53,333 nucleotides of DNA from Salpingoeca rosetta (lineage: Eukaryota; Protista; Choanoflagellata): positions 794,333-847,665 of the forward strand of contig JAWQFM010000026.1 in NCBI GenBank assembly GCA_033442325.1. The letters run 5' to 3'. Every line of letters begins with the position of its first letter. Within the stretch, counting starts at the first letter, position 1. Of the stretch, positions 52,149-53,333 are shown piece after piece. The translations under genes were made by a program, and so were the position numbers. The notes under the pieces were generated by a model that was not told the DNA's origin, made no database searches, and worked only from the letters and a program-made list of their open reading frames with translations.

Positions 52149-52730
52149 TCAAAACGCAGGGGTTTTTTCGCCTTTCCGCTCAGCCCATGACCAGTTTTTC
52201 CCTAAAAAAGAGTTTGTTTTTATGAGAGATAGAGAGATTGAGAGAGAGAAGCCAACCAGACAGAAGGGGATGAAAAAAAGGTTAGGAGGTTCCTTCCCTT
52301 TCCAGTTGTATCCCTTTTGTTCCAGCAGCACGACGCCCCACGTCACAAAGAAATGCGTGTGTGCGTGCGTGTGTATGTGTGTGTGTGTGGGTGGTGTGTG
52401 TGTGTGTGTGTGTGTGTGTTTCACACCCCCGCTTGGTTCAGTTACGTTTAGTTACAGTGCAGGGAGGGTAACGGATGGACGGCCATGGATGGACACGCCC
52501 GCCGAAAGTGATGCAGCAGCAGCACCACCACCAGTGAACAGACAAGGGGCAGAGGGAACGAAACCAGCAAGCAGAGGCAACCAGGGGTAAGCAGAGGCAA
52601 GCAGGGGCAAGCAAAGGCAAGCAGTATGCACGCACAGTACGAGTGCGTGCGTGTGAGGGAACGTGAAAAAGGAAAAGAAGAGAGACAGAGAGACAGAGGG
52701 ACAGAGGGACAGAGACAGAGACAGAGACAG

Positions 52731-52775
<45 letters not shown>

Positions 52776-52794
52776 CAATTTGTTTGTTGGTTGA

Positions 52795-53230
52795 CTATGA
52801 CTTGCGGAAGGTCTGCAGGAGAATGCAGATGTTGTCAAAGGCTTGTTCGATATCCTCGTGCGATTTCGCCCCCGTAATCACCAGCTTCCCGCTGTTGGCG
52901 CAGAGGTGGTGGTCATTGGTGGTGGTGGTGGTGGTGGTGGTGGTCATTGTTGGGACACGTTGATACAAACGGGAATGTAAGTGGGTAAGCGTGTGTGTAT
53001 GTGAGCGTGTGTGCGTGTGAATGTGGCGAGTCAACAGACGATGCGTCTGCAAACGCCTGTGTAAGAACTGTCTACAGAACACACACAACACACAAGCACA
53101 CACACACAGACACAGACACACACACACACACACAAGCACACACACACACACACACCTGACGAAGATGAGGACGACGACGCGCGGGTCGGCCATACGGAAG
53201 ATGAGACCAGGAAACAGCTCGGGTTCATAC
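52795..53230 (-). CDS. TBP: TATA-box binding protein, last two exons (5' part outside window)
   Basis: Exons 53230-53156 and 52891-52795: [56 protein letters not shown]. Confidence 0.93.
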
Positions 53231-53333
53231 CTGATGAGCAGGTGAGCAGGTGAGAGTGAGTGATTGTTTCTGGGTGTTAAATAGCGTGGCAGAGCACAGC
53301 AGCGCTGAAACGTGGTGTCAAATCATATACACA

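Noticed and set aside
52149-52355. Apparent diverged duplicate of the 5' end of the DUF4062 gene (~51640-51845)
   Set aside because: It abuts an N gap, and the mismatches look like low-quality read-end errors. Most likely an unmerged contig overlap, not a paralogue.

Overview
Gene-dense, intron-rich eukaryotic DNA. Short GT-AG introns are packed with (GT)n/(CA)n microsatellites and there are three N gaps. Composition and gene content suggest a choanoflagellate, probably Salpingoeca rosetta or a relative (inference). Most short six-frame ORFs are microsatellite noise. Twelve genes can be assembled by hand, in order: (1) 3' end of an E/R/K-rich helical protein; (2) secreted GH127/GH146-type Cys-glycosidase with an internal PAN/apple insert; (3) intronless polyQ bZIP factor with Gly at the invariant Asn; (4) SDR oxidoreductase; (5) fructose-1,6-bisphosphatase; (6) ~4,280-aa fibrocystin-L (PKHD1L1)-like receptor with an 11.7-kb final exon and a cytoplasmic SH2 domain lacking the pTyr-binding Arg; (7) DPH3; (8) CFAP300; (9) UBX-domain protein; (10) RGG-rich, apparently truncated TUTase/PAP-type nucleotidyltransferase; (11) DUF4062-NACHT-like-WD40 protein with an inserted PDZ domain and no visible Walker A; (12) 3' end of TBP. 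The most interesting signals are the fibrocystin-SH2 receptor, the STAND-WD40-PDZ protein, the half nucleotidyltransferase, and the polarised complementary GT...CA repeats in introns with weak acceptors. All domain calls come from motif recognition by eye, not database searches.
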